From Desulfosudaceae bacterium (GTDB lineage Bacteria > Desulfobacterota > Desulfobacteria > Desulfobacterales > Desulfosudaceae), in contig CAXXDV010000001.1 in the NCBI GenBank assembly GCA_963674745.2, positions 32,001 to 96,000 on the forward strand: a DNA stretch of 64,000 nucleotides, in the 5' to 3' direction. This document shows positions 8,833 through 18,248 of this stretch, in pieces. Numbering within the stretch: the first letter of the stretch is position 1; every line of letters begins with the position of its first letter. A program made the position numbers and the translations under genes. The notes beneath the pieces are model-generated. The model was not told the DNA's origin. It worked only from the letters and a program-made list of their open reading frames with translations, and made no database searches.

Positions 8833-9929
8833 CAGAATCCGTTTATGTCAATCTCTGGAAAAAATTAAATGACGGCCCCCAGACCGCCCCGACGGATGCC
8901 AAAGGGAATCCCCAGCCTTCTTTTATAAAGCACCTTGAACTGTGCTACAGCCCGGAAGAGGCTGAACTGATTCAGCACATGGAACGCCCCGGGCGCTTTT
9001 TGTCGACTCAGGAGGTGGCTGATCGGGCCGGCAAAAAGCCTGAAGAGGTGGAAGCCATTTTGAGCGGCATTAATAAGAAAAACGGGCTTCTCGGGATGCC
9101 CGGTTTTTATTCACTTCCGCCCATGCCGATCATTTTTAATATCCACCAGTTCTATCCCGAAATAAAACCTGACGACCTTAAAGCCGCTGAACTTTATCAG
9201 GATTATTTCATCAAAGACAAATTTTACCGGTATTATGAAGGCTCTATGAAGGGGACACCGGTCTTTAGAACCATTCCTGTAGAAATGTCCATTGAGGCGG
9301 AACAGCGGGTATTGCCGGCCGAAGAAGCCCATGATTTTATCCTGAATCATGCGCCTGAAGAACTGGCGCTGGTTCCCTGCCCCTGCCGCACCCGCACGGA
9401 AAAAATGGGCATCCGTGAATGCAAAGACAAAAACCCGGTTGCCTCGTGTATCATGATGGGACCGGTAGCCCTTCATTTTGAAATGCTTGGCCTGGGCAAA
9501 CGGGTCACCCGCCGGGAAGCGGTCGCGTACTTTGATGAAATGCAGGAACTGGGTCTGGTGGGCCAGACAGACAATGCCTTGGCAGGTAACGCGATTATCT
9601 GCCTGTGCTGCGGCTGCTGTTGTTCCCAGTTGCGCGGCCGGACAAGATGGGGTAACATGTCTGCCATACTGCCGTCAAATTTTATTCCCGTGGCCGGGGA
9701 TGACTGTATACAATGCGGACTCTGTATGGAACGCTGCCCGTTCGGGGCCCTGGCCATGGATGAAGAGACCGAGCGCCCGGTTGTTTCGCCGGATAAATGC
9801 ATTGGCTGCGGCGTATGCACATTAACCTGTCCCCAGGAAACATTAAAATTGACCCGGCTTGAACGCTCCACACCTTTTAATACAGGAAAGGAAATGATTA
9901 AAACCATCGCCCTGGAAAACAGGGCATGA
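8829..9929 (+). CDS. 4Fe-4S binding protein (N-terminal HTH-like, Cys-cluster and 2[4Fe-4S] domains)
   Basis: CPCR..C..C, CLCCGCCC, CIQCGLCMERCP and CIGCGVCTLTCP motifs. Confidence 0.88.
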   Translation: MTESVYVNLWKKLNDGPQTAPTDAKGNPQPSFIKHLELCYSPEEAELIQHMERPGRFLSTQEVADRAGKKPEEVEAILSGINKKNGLLGMPGFYSLPPMPIIFNIHQFYPEIKPDDLKAAELYQDYFIKDKFYRYYEGSMKGTPVFRTIPVEMSIEAEQRVLPAEEAHDFILNHAPEELALVPCPCRTRTEKMGIRECKDKNPVASCIMMGPVALHFEMLGLGKRVTRREAVAYFDEMQELGLVGQTDNALAGNAIICLCCGCCCSQLRGRTRWGNMSAILPSNFIPVAGDDCIQCGLCMERCPFGALAMDEETERPVVSPDKCIGCGVCTLTCPQETLKLTRLERSTPFNTGKEMIKTIALENRA

Positions 9930-9951
9930 TACCCCTTAAAAGGAGAATAAA

Positions 9952-11019
9952 ATGGCAAGAGATATCTACAGAGAACTTCAGGAAAGGCTGGACCTTTTTT
10001 CCATTGGTTTTCCACCCGCGCCTTCCGGCGTGGAGATCACGATTTTAAAGCGACTGTTTTCAGAAGAAGACGCCGATCTCTTCCTTAAATTAACGCCCCT
10101 CCTGGAACCGGCTGAAAAGATAGCCGAGAATCTGGGATTGCCGGCAGAGGAGACCAAATCCAGGCTGGCGGACATGGCCGGCCGGGGCCTGCTGTTTTCC
10201 AAAACCAAGGGGGAGACAACGCTTTACGGGGCCACGCCATTTGTCCATGGGATCTTTGAATACCAGGTAAACCGGCTGGACAAGGAGCTGGCGGAATTAA
10301 TGAATCAATACGGCATGGAAGCTTTGGGCATTAACATGTTGCAGCACGGGGGCTCTTTTTTGCGGACCATTCCGGTAAATCAGGCCCTGGCCCCGGAAAA
10401 TCAGGTGGCCTCCTATGATGACGCCCGGGAAATTTTAAAAAGCAAACGCACTGTTGTGGTAACGGATTGTATCTGCCGTAAAAAACAGAACACGCTTGAC
10501 AAGGGCTGCGGCAAAGTCGTCGAGGCCTGCTTCATGTTTGATACCATGGCGGAATACTACCTGGCGCACGACCTGGGTCGCCAGGTCACCGTTGATGAGG
10601 CCATCAAAATCCTGGAAAAAGCCCGGGAACAGGGACTGGTTACCCAGCCGGCCACGGCCCAGAACCCTGACGGCATGTGCAATTGCTGCGGAGACTGTTG
10701 CGGCGTCCTTCAAGCCATTAATTTTCATCCCAAACCGTCAGAAATTGTCAGTTCCAATCATTATGCCGTTCTGGACCGTGATGCCTGCACCGGGTGCGAA
10801 ACCTGTATCGACCGGTGCCAGACCAACGCCCTGTCAATGGGTGAAGATGATCTGGCCGTCCTGAACCCGGACCGGTGCATCGGCTGCGGTCTGTGCGTTG
10901 TTACCTGCCCGTCTGAAGCCCTTACCCTTCAGACGAAATCAGCAGAAGACCAGTATCAGCTTCCCAAGGACGGCATGGAGCAGATGGTGGCATTGGCCCA
11001 GAAGCGGGGTGTTCTCTAA
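9952..11019 (+). CDS. 4Fe-4S binding protein, paralogue of the upstream gene
   Basis: CICR..C..C, CNCCGDCC, CTGCETCIDRC and CIGCGLCVVTCP motifs. Confidence 0.88.
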   Translation: MARDIYRELQERLDLFSIGFPPAPSGVEITILKRLFSEEDADLFLKLTPLLEPAEKIAENLGLPAEETKSRLADMAGRGLLFSKTKGETTLYGATPFVHGIFEYQVNRLDKELAELMNQYGMEALGINMLQHGGSFLRTIPVNQALAPENQVASYDDAREILKSKRTVVVTDCICRKKQNTLDKGCGKVVEACFMFDTMAEYYLAHDLGRQVTVDEAIKILEKAREQGLVTQPATAQNPDGMCNCCGDCCGVLQAINFHPKPSEIVSSNHYAVLDRDACTGCETCIDRCQTNALSMGEDDLAVLNPDRCIGCGLCVVTCPSEALTLQTKSAEDQYQLPKDGMEQMVALAQKRGVL

Positions 11020-11059
11020 CCGGCAAGGCCCAACAGCTCCCTGCGGAGACAGATGAACA

Positions 11060-12739
11060 ATGACGGTAAAAAACACAGACGTTCTGGTAATCGGTGCCGG
11101 TGGCGCCGGCATTTTTGCCGCTGTTAACGCATCCAAATCCGGGGCCGATGTTATCATTGTTTCCAAGGGACCGTCCGGTTACGGCGACACCCGCATATCG
11201 CTCGGCGCCATGTGCAAATCTCCTGATGGGTTACTTGATTCAAACAAAAAATTTGCCGGGGACATGATGGCCGGCGGCGGCTTCCTGAACAACGCCAGGC
11301 TCGTCAACATCCTCGTGGACGAAGCGACCGCTGCGGCCATTTCGCTGGAAAATTGCGGGCATATTTTTAAACGAAACCCTTCGGGAAAACTTGAAAACCC
11401 TTTCGGTAAATTCGGCGGTCACCGGTATAACCGTACGATCATAAGCCCGGCCTTTGGCGTTTCCATGGGCCAGGCAATGCGTTCAGGGCTGGCCAGATCA
11501 GGCGTTTCAGTACTTGAAGAAACGATATGCGCCGAGCTGATAGTCGCAGAAGGCGGCGTGGCCGGTGCTGTGGTTCTATGCATGAAGACCGGCGAAGTGG
11601 CGGCCATACTGGCAAAATCGGTCATTATGGCATCGGGCGGCGCCGGTGCCTTGTATTACCCCCATTCCGATTGCATGCCCTGCGTCACCGGCGACAGCTA
11701 CAGCCTTTCTCTGGGTGCCGGGGCCGAACTTGTCGATATGGAGCAGGTCCAGTTCCTTCCCTTTTCAATTACACATCCCAAATCCATGGAAGGGGTTATA
11801 TGCGGCGAGCATGCCATGGCAAGGCCTTTTGGCAAGCTTATTAACAACAAGGGAAAAGTTGTCCTGAAAAACTTTCATAATATGACCCGGGCGGAAGTTT
11901 CCAAAATAATGATCGAAGAAATCAAAAACGGCGGTGCTACCGAGCATGGCGGCCTTTTGTTTGACGTCAGCACAAATATGAAAATACCGGTATTGCGAAC
12001 CATATACAGAAATAAAATGAATGAAGCGGCCGCCCATTTTCTGGAAAACATTCGCAAAGCCTATGGCAAAGATGCCGCGGAATTCCGGGAGCCCTGGGAT
12101 GTCCTGCCCACGGCACACTACTTCATGGGCGGGATAATTACCGATGAATGCTGCCGGAGCCGTGTAGCAGGCCTGTATGCCTGCGGACAGGCCCAGGGCG
12201 GGGTAATGGGAGGGAACAGGCTGGGATCGACCTCTCTTACGGAGATTTTTGTTTTCGGCAAACGGGCGGGGATGACTGCCGCGAAAGAAGCGAACAGTCG
12301 CGGCCTCTGCAGCAAAGAGGCGGCGGCGGTTGCCGTGGAAAGGCTGAACAATCTTTTTGGCCGCAAAGGGAAAATCCCACCCATAAAATTAAAAAAACGA
12401 ATCCAGAAACTGATGTGGGCACATGCCGGTCCGCTGCGTGATGAGCAGGGACTCACTGCGGCTTACGATCTGCTGGCCGAAATCAAAAAGGACGCGGTGG
12501 ATCTGGGAACCGCTTCATTCAGGCGCTACAATACCCAGGTTGTTGATGCGATTGAGCTGTCGCACATGATCCCGGCGGCCGAGGCCATCATCATATCCGC
12601 GCTCGGGCGGAAAGAATCCCGGGGGGCCCATGTGCGGTCTGATTTCCCCGACACAAAAAAGACAATCACGCCCGGAAATGTTGTGGTGAGAAATATGGGC
12701 GGCAAACTTACGGCTGTTTTAAAAGAATCAACGTCATGA
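11060..12739 (+). CDS. SdhA/FrdA/NadB-family FAD flavoprotein
   Basis: GAGGAG Rossmann motif, HYFMGG, GGNRLG and RKESRGAHVRSDFP. Confidence 0.92.
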   Translation: MTVKNTDVLVIGAGGAGIFAAVNASKSGADVIIVSKGPSGYGDTRISLGAMCKSPDGLLDSNKKFAGDMMAGGGFLNNARLVNILVDEATAAAISLENCGHIFKRNPSGKLENPFGKFGGHRYNRTIISPAFGVSMGQAMRSGLARSGVSVLEETICAELIVAEGGVAGAVVLCMKTGEVAAILAKSVIMASGGAGALYYPHSDCMPCVTGDSYSLSLGAGAELVDMEQVQFLPFSITHPKSMEGVICGEHAMARPFGKLINNKGKVVLKNFHNMTRAEVSKIMIEEIKNGGATEHGGLLFDVSTNMKIPVLRTIYRNKMNEAAAHFLENIRKAYGKDAAEFREPWDVLPTAHYFMGGIITDECCRSRVAGLYACGQAQGGVMGGNRLGSTSLTEIFVFGKRAGMTAAKEANSRGLCSKEAAAVAVERLNNLFGRKGKIPPIKLKKRIQKLMWAHAGPLRDEQGLTAAYDLLAEIKKDAVDLGTASFRRYNTQVVDAIELSHMIPAAEAIIISALGRKESRGAHVRSDFPDTKKTITPGNVVVRNMGGKLTAVLKESTS

Positions 12740-13383
12740 ACATTACCATATCCATTCAGCGCTATAACCCGGAAACCGACGCCGGCCCAAAATGGGTCGA
12801 ATATTCCGTTCCCGCAGAAGAGGGGGCGACGGTGATGTCATGCCTCCAGCATATTTATGAAAATGACGATTCGACCCTGGCCTTCCGCCAGGGATGCCGG
12901 TTCCATTCCTGCGGGTTGTGCGCCCTGATGGTAAACGGAAAGCCGAAAATGGCCTGCGCCGCAAAAGCCAAAGATCAAATGAAAGTCGCCCCGCTTAAGG
13001 GGATGACCGTCGTTCGCGATCTGGTTACAGACAGAAGCGTTTTTTTCGAAAAGCTCCGCGAACTTGACATATTCATCCCCGAGCAGAAAGCGGCATCAAC
13101 TCCCGTAAAAATTTTTGAGCCAAAAGATCATGTGGATTTGTTAAAATGTCTGGAATGCCTGGCATGCAATGCCACTTGCCCCGAATTTGTCAGTAACAGC
13201 GATTCGTTTCCGGGGCCCTATATATTTGTCAAGCTGGCGCAACTGCATTTTGATCCGCGGGACGAAATCAACCGGAAACAACAGGCCGCCGAACTCGGTA
13301 TTCAAAAATGTGCTGATTGCAGTAAATGCACCTGCATAAACGGAATAGGAATTTACAAACAAGCGATTGATATACTGAAATGA
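12736..13383 (+). CDS. SdhB/FrdB-like iron-sulfur subunit
   Basis: [2Fe-2S] motif CRFHSCGLC..C, plus CLECLACNATCP and CADCSKCTC. ATGA overlap with the flavoprotein gene. Confidence 0.9.
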   Translation: MNITISIQRYNPETDAGPKWVEYSVPAEEGATVMSCLQHIYENDDSTLAFRQGCRFHSCGLCALMVNGKPKMACAAKAKDQMKVAPLKGMTVVRDLVTDRSVFFEKLRELDIFIPEQKAASTPVKIFEPKDHVDLLKCLECLACNATCPEFVSNSDSFPGPYIFVKLAQLHFDPRDEINRKQQAAELGIQKCADCSKCTCINGIGIYKQAIDILK

Positions 13384-13415
13384 TTATTGTTCAACTTTCA
13401 TCATAAGGAGAACAC

Positions 13416-14444
13416 ATGGCCATTCGTCGTAAAATAAAAGACAGATACCGCCGGTTTCCTTATCTTTCAGATTTCGCGGGTATGAAAAGCGCCATCGGTG
13501 AAATGCGCGGGCTCGGCTTTCCCAAACAGCCGCCGCTGAATACGGCCTTATCGCCGCAGGACGACGTGCCGGTGCTTGACGAGCAATGGTTCATCGATGA
13601 AATAAAGCATAAAATCGCCACGCATCCTGAAAACTGCCTGGAGTTTCCCTATGCCACAGAACCCATATTCGATGAACCGCTGGTGGGGTTTGTCAGGGGC
13701 GATGATCCGATTTTTCAAAAGTTTAAATCCATCATCGGCCCTCACCATTATACACCCCAGGAAATCATGGCCTGGCAGGCGGAAAAAAACAATGTGCCCC
13801 CCCCGCCGGCCGAAGAGCTCTCGGTGGTCTCTTATGTCATGCCGATTACCCGGGCGACCAAACAGCAGAACGCCGAATGTACCGAATGGCCGGCAGAACG
13901 CTGGGCCCAGACCCGGTTGTCCGGCGAAATTTTCAGCCAGGAATTTACCCGGGAAATCGTTACCTTTCTGATGAACAAAGGGGTGCTGGCAATCGCACCT
14001 GATGTGACACCGTTGTTTAACAAAAAGCGCTACCCGGAGGTGGGCTGGGCCTCACCCTGGTCGCACCGGCACATTGCCTATGCCGCCGGCCTGGGCACCT
14101 TCGGCATGCACGATTTTCTGATTACGGAAAAAGGCTGCGCCCACCGGCTGGGCAGTTTCGTGGTCCACAAACCGCTTCAACCCAACCGGCAGCGACCTGA
14201 CGACATCCATGCCTATTGCCTTCAATACCAGGGAAAGCAGTGCCTCAAATGCGCCAGACGTTGTCCGGTCGGCGCCATCAGCAAAGAAAACGCCCATGAC
14301 AAGGAAAAATGCTATAAACATGTGGCCAGTTCGCTGAAGTACTGCCTGAAAAACTATCATATTTTCATTTACGGCTGCGGCATCTGCGCCACCAATGTCC
14401 CCTGTGAATCCGGGATTCCGGTTAAGAGGGAGACCGCAGGTTAA
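13416..14444 (+). CDS. QueG/reductive dehalogenase-like cobamide Fe-S protein (paralogue 3)
   Basis: WSHRHIAYAAGLGTFG, CLKCARRCP and GCGICATNVPC motifs. Confidence 0.88.
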   Translation: MAIRRKIKDRYRRFPYLSDFAGMKSAIGEMRGLGFPKQPPLNTALSPQDDVPVLDEQWFIDEIKHKIATHPENCLEFPYATEPIFDEPLVGFVRGDDPIFQKFKSIIGPHHYTPQEIMAWQAEKNNVPPPPAEELSVVSYVMPITRATKQQNAECTEWPAERWAQTRLSGEIFSQEFTREIVTFLMNKGVLAIAPDVTPLFNKKRYPEVGWASPWSHRHIAYAAGLGTFGMHDFLITEKGCAHRLGSFVVHKPLQPNRQRPDDIHAYCLQYQGKQCLKCARRCPVGAISKENAHDKEKCYKHVASSLKYCLKNYHIFIYGCGICATNVPCESGIPVKRETAG

Positions 14445-14490
14445 AAAAAACACCATTGCGCAACCAGCCTGTTATCAGGGTGACTACAAC

Positions 14491-15792
14491 ATGAACAGTA
14501 ACAGTGTGATCCCCGAACGTTTCCCCTCGGTGCTGATAGACCGGTTTGCCTGCGTCATGGAGCGCCATCTCGCTGACATGAAAATTCAGATGGAGATGGT
14601 ATTTGATCACAGGCTCGATCTGGACCGGCTGCAGCGGGCGTTTCGGCTTGCGCTGGATGCGGAACCTGTCCTCGGATGCCGTTTCGTGGACCGCCTACCA
14701 GAGTTGCACTGGCAAAGGCTGCCGCACATTGATCACGAACTCCTGGAACTGACAGATGACCTGGAGCGGTTCTCCGCCTTCCGTACACGTAAGATCAACC
14801 CGTTCGAAGGGCTACAGATTGAGGCGGCCGTTCTGCGTGAGGGAGAAGGTGACAGGCTTTTGATCAAATTAAGTCATCTGGTCGGAGATGCGGGCGGGAT
14901 TAAAGAAACTGTCGAATTGATTGCCGATATCTACAAAAGGCTGGAATACGATCCGGGTTATGTGCCCCGCTCAAACTGTTCAGGCAGCCGCTGTATGAGA
15001 CAGGTGGTCAAAAAGGTTCCCTGGCACGCTTACCCGCGAATACTCCGGAATGCCATGCAGGAATTGATATCCAACGGCCTGCCATCGACTACATTTGCCC
15101 TGCCGTCGCCAAATGGCCCTCGGGAAGGGCTTGATTACATTACAGTTGATTTACCAGATGAAAGGGTGGCCCGTATTGCTGCGTACAGCAGATCTTTCGG
15201 GGCCACTCTTAACGATATCCTCATAGCCGCGTTTTACAGGGCGGGAGTGGACACCGGGGAATGGGACGGCAGGAAGAAACTGAGGCTGATGACCACTGTC
15301 GATTTGAGACGCTGGTACATACCCGAGGGGCGGGGTGAGTCGATTGCCAACCTGAGCACGTTCGAGTTCGTAAATCTTGGACGGGATCTGGGGACCGATT
15401 TTGATGATACGCTGAAAAGAATTTCCCGTTTAACCGGCCGGAGGAAAAACAGCTGGATCGGTCTTAACATGAGTATTGTTCTCCCGGCACTTCTGGCATT
15501 ACCGCATGGCTGGCTCATGAAGGCACTTGAGAAAGTCGCTTCGGCGTTTATTATGAACGGAAAATTCATGCCGGCATTAACCAACATGGGGCCGATAGAA
15601 CCAGACCGGATACGTTTCGGGAAACCACCGCGACGGGCTTGGCTGCTGGCGCCGGCCCCTTATCCGCCAAATTTCGTTGCCGGAGTCACGGGCTATCGGG
15701 GGAGCCTGACACTCTCGGCCGGCGTCTACCCGGCAACAAGGAAAACGGCGGAAAAAATGTTCAAACGGATCCTTGACGAATTGCCGGAATAG
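14491..15792 (+). CDS. Stand-alone condensation-domain / CoA-dependent acyltransferase
   Basis: HLVGDAGG (HxxxD), ATLND, VDLRR and LTNMG motifs. Start placed at ATG 14491. Confidence 0.82.
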   Translation: MNSNSVIPERFPSVLIDRFACVMERHLADMKIQMEMVFDHRLDLDRLQRAFRLALDAEPVLGCRFVDRLPELHWQRLPHIDHELLELTDDLERFSAFRTRKINPFEGLQIEAAVLREGEGDRLLIKLSHLVGDAGGIKETVELIADIYKRLEYDPGYVPRSNCSGSRCMRQVVKKVPWHAYPRILRNAMQELISNGLPSTTFALPSPNGPREGLDYITVDLPDERVARIAAYSRSFGATLNDILIAAFYRAGVDTGEWDGRKKLRLMTTVDLRRWYIPEGRGESIANLSTFEFVNLGRDLGTDFDDTLKRISRLTGRRKNSWIGLNMSIVLPALLALPHGWLMKALEKVASAFIMNGKFMPALTNMGPIEPDRIRFGKPPRRAWLLAPAPYPPNFVAGVTGYRGSLTLSAGVYPATRKTAEKMFKRILDELPE

Positions 15793-15932
15793 ATCTTTTA
15801 ATAGTATATCATCCCGGTTACATCGAACGGGGCCGACTGCTTACTACCGCCTTTATAAGACTGTTCTAAAAAAAATAGCCCTGTTCAAAAGCAGATACAG
15901 CGGATATGTAACATATTGTTTATGGAAGGAAT

Positions 15933-16730
15933 ATGACAGCCATGATGCCGGTATTATTCATTTCTCACGGGCCGCCGACAATTTTACTGATGGACACGCC
16001 TGTCGTGGATTTTTTAAAGCGCCTTGGTGAGCAAACGCCGTCTCCAAGCGCAATCATTTGCATATCCGCCCATTGGGAAGCGGTTAAGCCCACTTTCAGT
16101 TCCGGTGCCCGAAACGGGATCATTCATGATTTCGGTGGGCCACCTCAATTGTTTGATCAAACATATTCAGCCCTGGGATCGCCTGAACTGGCGCATGAGG
16201 CGATTGACCTGCTGACTGCCGCCGGCATCAATGCAGAAGAAAATCCGAAAAGAGATCTGGATCACGGGGCCTGGGTGCCCCTCAAACTGATGTTCCCAAA
16301 GGCCGACATTCCTATTGTGCAGCTTTCTATTCAGACGGATAAGGATACATCCCACCATTTTGAACTCGGCAAAGCACTCCGGCCATTGCGTCAAAAAGGC
16401 GTACTTATTATCGGCAGCGGCGGGGCGGTGCATAATCTTTATGACATCCATGGGCATAAAATCGATGACGCCCCGGTCGCTTACGCGGCCGCATTTGACC
16501 GATGGCTTCGGGAAAAGTTGATCTTTGGACAGGTTGATGAATTGATCGATTATCAAAAATGTGGGCCTGAACCCGAACAGAGTCACCCGTTTCCCGCCGA
16601 ACACTTTCTGCCTCTGTTTGTCAGCCTGGGGGCCAGCCTGCCGGAAGAAAAAGCCACTTTGATTCATCAGGGATTCATGTATGGAACCCTTTCCATGGCA
16701 GCCTATCGGTGGTCGAACAAGGAGGCATAG
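15933..16730 (+). CDS. Class III extradiol dioxygenase (DODA/YgiD-like)
   Basis: SHGPP, SAHWE, LDHGAWVPL, GSGGAVHNL and EHFLPL motifs. Confidence 0.92.
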   Translation: MTAMMPVLFISHGPPTILLMDTPVVDFLKRLGEQTPSPSAIICISAHWEAVKPTFSSGARNGIIHDFGGPPQLFDQTYSALGSPELAHEAIDLLTAAGINAEENPKRDLDHGAWVPLKLMFPKADIPIVQLSIQTDKDTSHHFELGKALRPLRQKGVLIIGSGGAVHNLYDIHGHKIDDAPVAYAAAFDRWLREKLIFGQVDELIDYQKCGPEPEQSHPFPAEHFLPLFVSLGASLPEEKATLIHQGFMYGTLSMAAYRWSNKEA

Positions 16731-16808
16731 GCACTGACTTGATAACACATTGGCGATACCATATGGTTTCAGGGAAAGAACATAACGGTACAAAAGGAGG
16801 AAACAGCC

Positions 16809-17489
16809 ATGCCTTGCGCAAGTTGCCAAACGCAAACCTGCTTCACCGGGTCGGGTGAAATGCCGGCCGAATGCCCGGAGAGATATCGGGAAGAAAACAG
16901 ACGGCAGGAACCGGAAAACCGGTTTATCGAATACGCGAAACAAATACGCGACAAAAATGCCGACCGCCTTGATGAATTCATCGAATATGCCCGTTTCATG
17001 GCTTACAAAAGAATCGGGCTGGCGGGTTGTATCGGTCTTCACGACGAGTTGAGGGTCATCAGCGGCCTGTTGCAAAAGGCCGGATTTACGGTGGCATCCG
17101 TGATGTGCAAGACCGGAAGCCTGAAGAAAAAATTTGTCGGGGTGCCGGCCAAAAATCGTATGACAACCCAAACGGGCTACAACATTGGGGTGATTGCCTG
17201 CAACCCCGTGGCCCAGGCGCTTATACTGAACAAGGAGAAAACCGAACTGAACGGCATCATCGGGTTGTGCGCGGGACACGATTCCGTATTCATGAAGCAT
17301 TCCACGGCACCGGTAATCACCCTTATCGCCAAAGACCGTTCAAACGGGCACAACCCGGCCTCCATCCTGTACAATTTCTACGGCGACAATTTTTTCGCAA
17401 GAAGGCCGAACCCGAAAGGCGCCTTCAAATTCAATGCCAGGCATATCCGGCCGATTGATATTGCAAGAATGATCAAAAGAAAAATATAA
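16809..17489 (+). CDS. DUF1847 family metal-binding protein
   Basis: IGLAGCIGL, CNPVAQA, GLCAGHDSVF and KDR..GHNP motifs. Confidence 0.88.
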   Translation: MPCASCQTQTCFTGSGEMPAECPERYREENRRQEPENRFIEYAKQIRDKNADRLDEFIEYARFMAYKRIGLAGCIGLHDELRVISGLLQKAGFTVASVMCKTGSLKKKFVGVPAKNRMTTQTGYNIGVIACNPVAQALILNKEKTELNGIIGLCAGHDSVFMKHSTAPVITLIAKDRSNGHNPASILYNFYGDNFFARRPNPKGAFKFNARHIRPIDIARMIKRKI

Positions 17490-17499
17490 GGAACCGACA

Positions 17500-18099
17500 A
17501 TGAAAATGGCTCAATGCGCGTCCTGCTTCGAACAATTGTGTGTCGGCGGGACAAAACAAACAAAAGATTACTGCCCTGCTCACCTTTATCCGGAGATATA
17601 TAAAGACGCCGAAAAAATCTATCAGGAGGATAAGGAAACACGGTTAATGGCCAGAAATGCCGCTGTAATGGAATCCCGGGGGTATATCCTCTGGCCCCGG
17701 CTCAAGGATATCATCGAGTTCTCCAGAGCCATGAACCACCAAAAGATAGTGGTTCTTTTCTGCCCGGACGTATGGAGAGAAGCAAAAAAGACCGGCCGGA
17801 TACTTTCGGAAAACGGTTTTATCGTCGCTTCGAGAGTATGCGGAATCGGCAAATCAAGCCCTCAGGCACCGGATGAATACGCAGCCGAGATCAACGCCTT
17901 ATCCTTCGACATTGCCGTCAATGCCGGGCTTTGCGGCCCTTTTGAAGCCCGGGTCGTAAACTTGTTGAAATTCCCTGTGTCGACGTTTATTGCCAGGGAT
18001 AAAAAATTGAACAACCATCCGGCTTCGGCGGTTTATTTCTCCGATAAATGGCGGGACTGGGCCAAAGAGGTCTACCGCGATAAACTGGGACTGAAATAA
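17500..18099 (+). CDS. Divergent DUF1847-like paralogue
   Basis: CASC..C..CP, WPRL..IIEF, GLC and RDK..NHP motifs. Confidence 0.75.
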   Translation: MKMAQCASCFEQLCVGGTKQTKDYCPAHLYPEIYKDAEKIYQEDKETRLMARNAAVMESRGYILWPRLKDIIEFSRAMNHQKIVVLFCPDVWREAKKTGRILSENGFIVASRVCGIGKSSPQAPDEYAAEINALSFDIAVNAGLCGPFEARVVNLLKFPVSTFIARDKKLNNHPASAVYFSDKWRDWAKEVYRDKLGLK

Positions 18100-18180
18100 A
18101 CTGCCCTTGTTTTTTAATCAAAGGCCGCGTTGAACAATATGAACACGCATACGGATTTCAGCATATGGTTTTAAAAAAAT

Positions 18181-18214
18181 AAAAAAGGCCCCGCCATTGA
18201 GCACGGGGCCTTTT
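18181..18214. terminator. Bidirectional rho-independent terminator
   Basis: AAAAGGCCCCG / CGGGGCCTTTT hairpin between convergent genes. Confidence 0.85.
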
Positions 18215-18248
18215 AAATCCATATCACAACCTACAGCTTCTCTTCCGG

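Noticed and set aside
8314..13383. Selenocysteine read-through in the redox genes
   Set aside because: The relevant motif positions are Cys. The TGA stops fall at natural ends or overlap the next start.
16167..17300. 377-aa antisense ORF and similar long shadow ORFs (e.g. 24248-25039, 25810-26622, 30993-31751, 55354-56118)
   Set aside because: They lie opposite well-supported genes and are expected from GC-rich codon bias.
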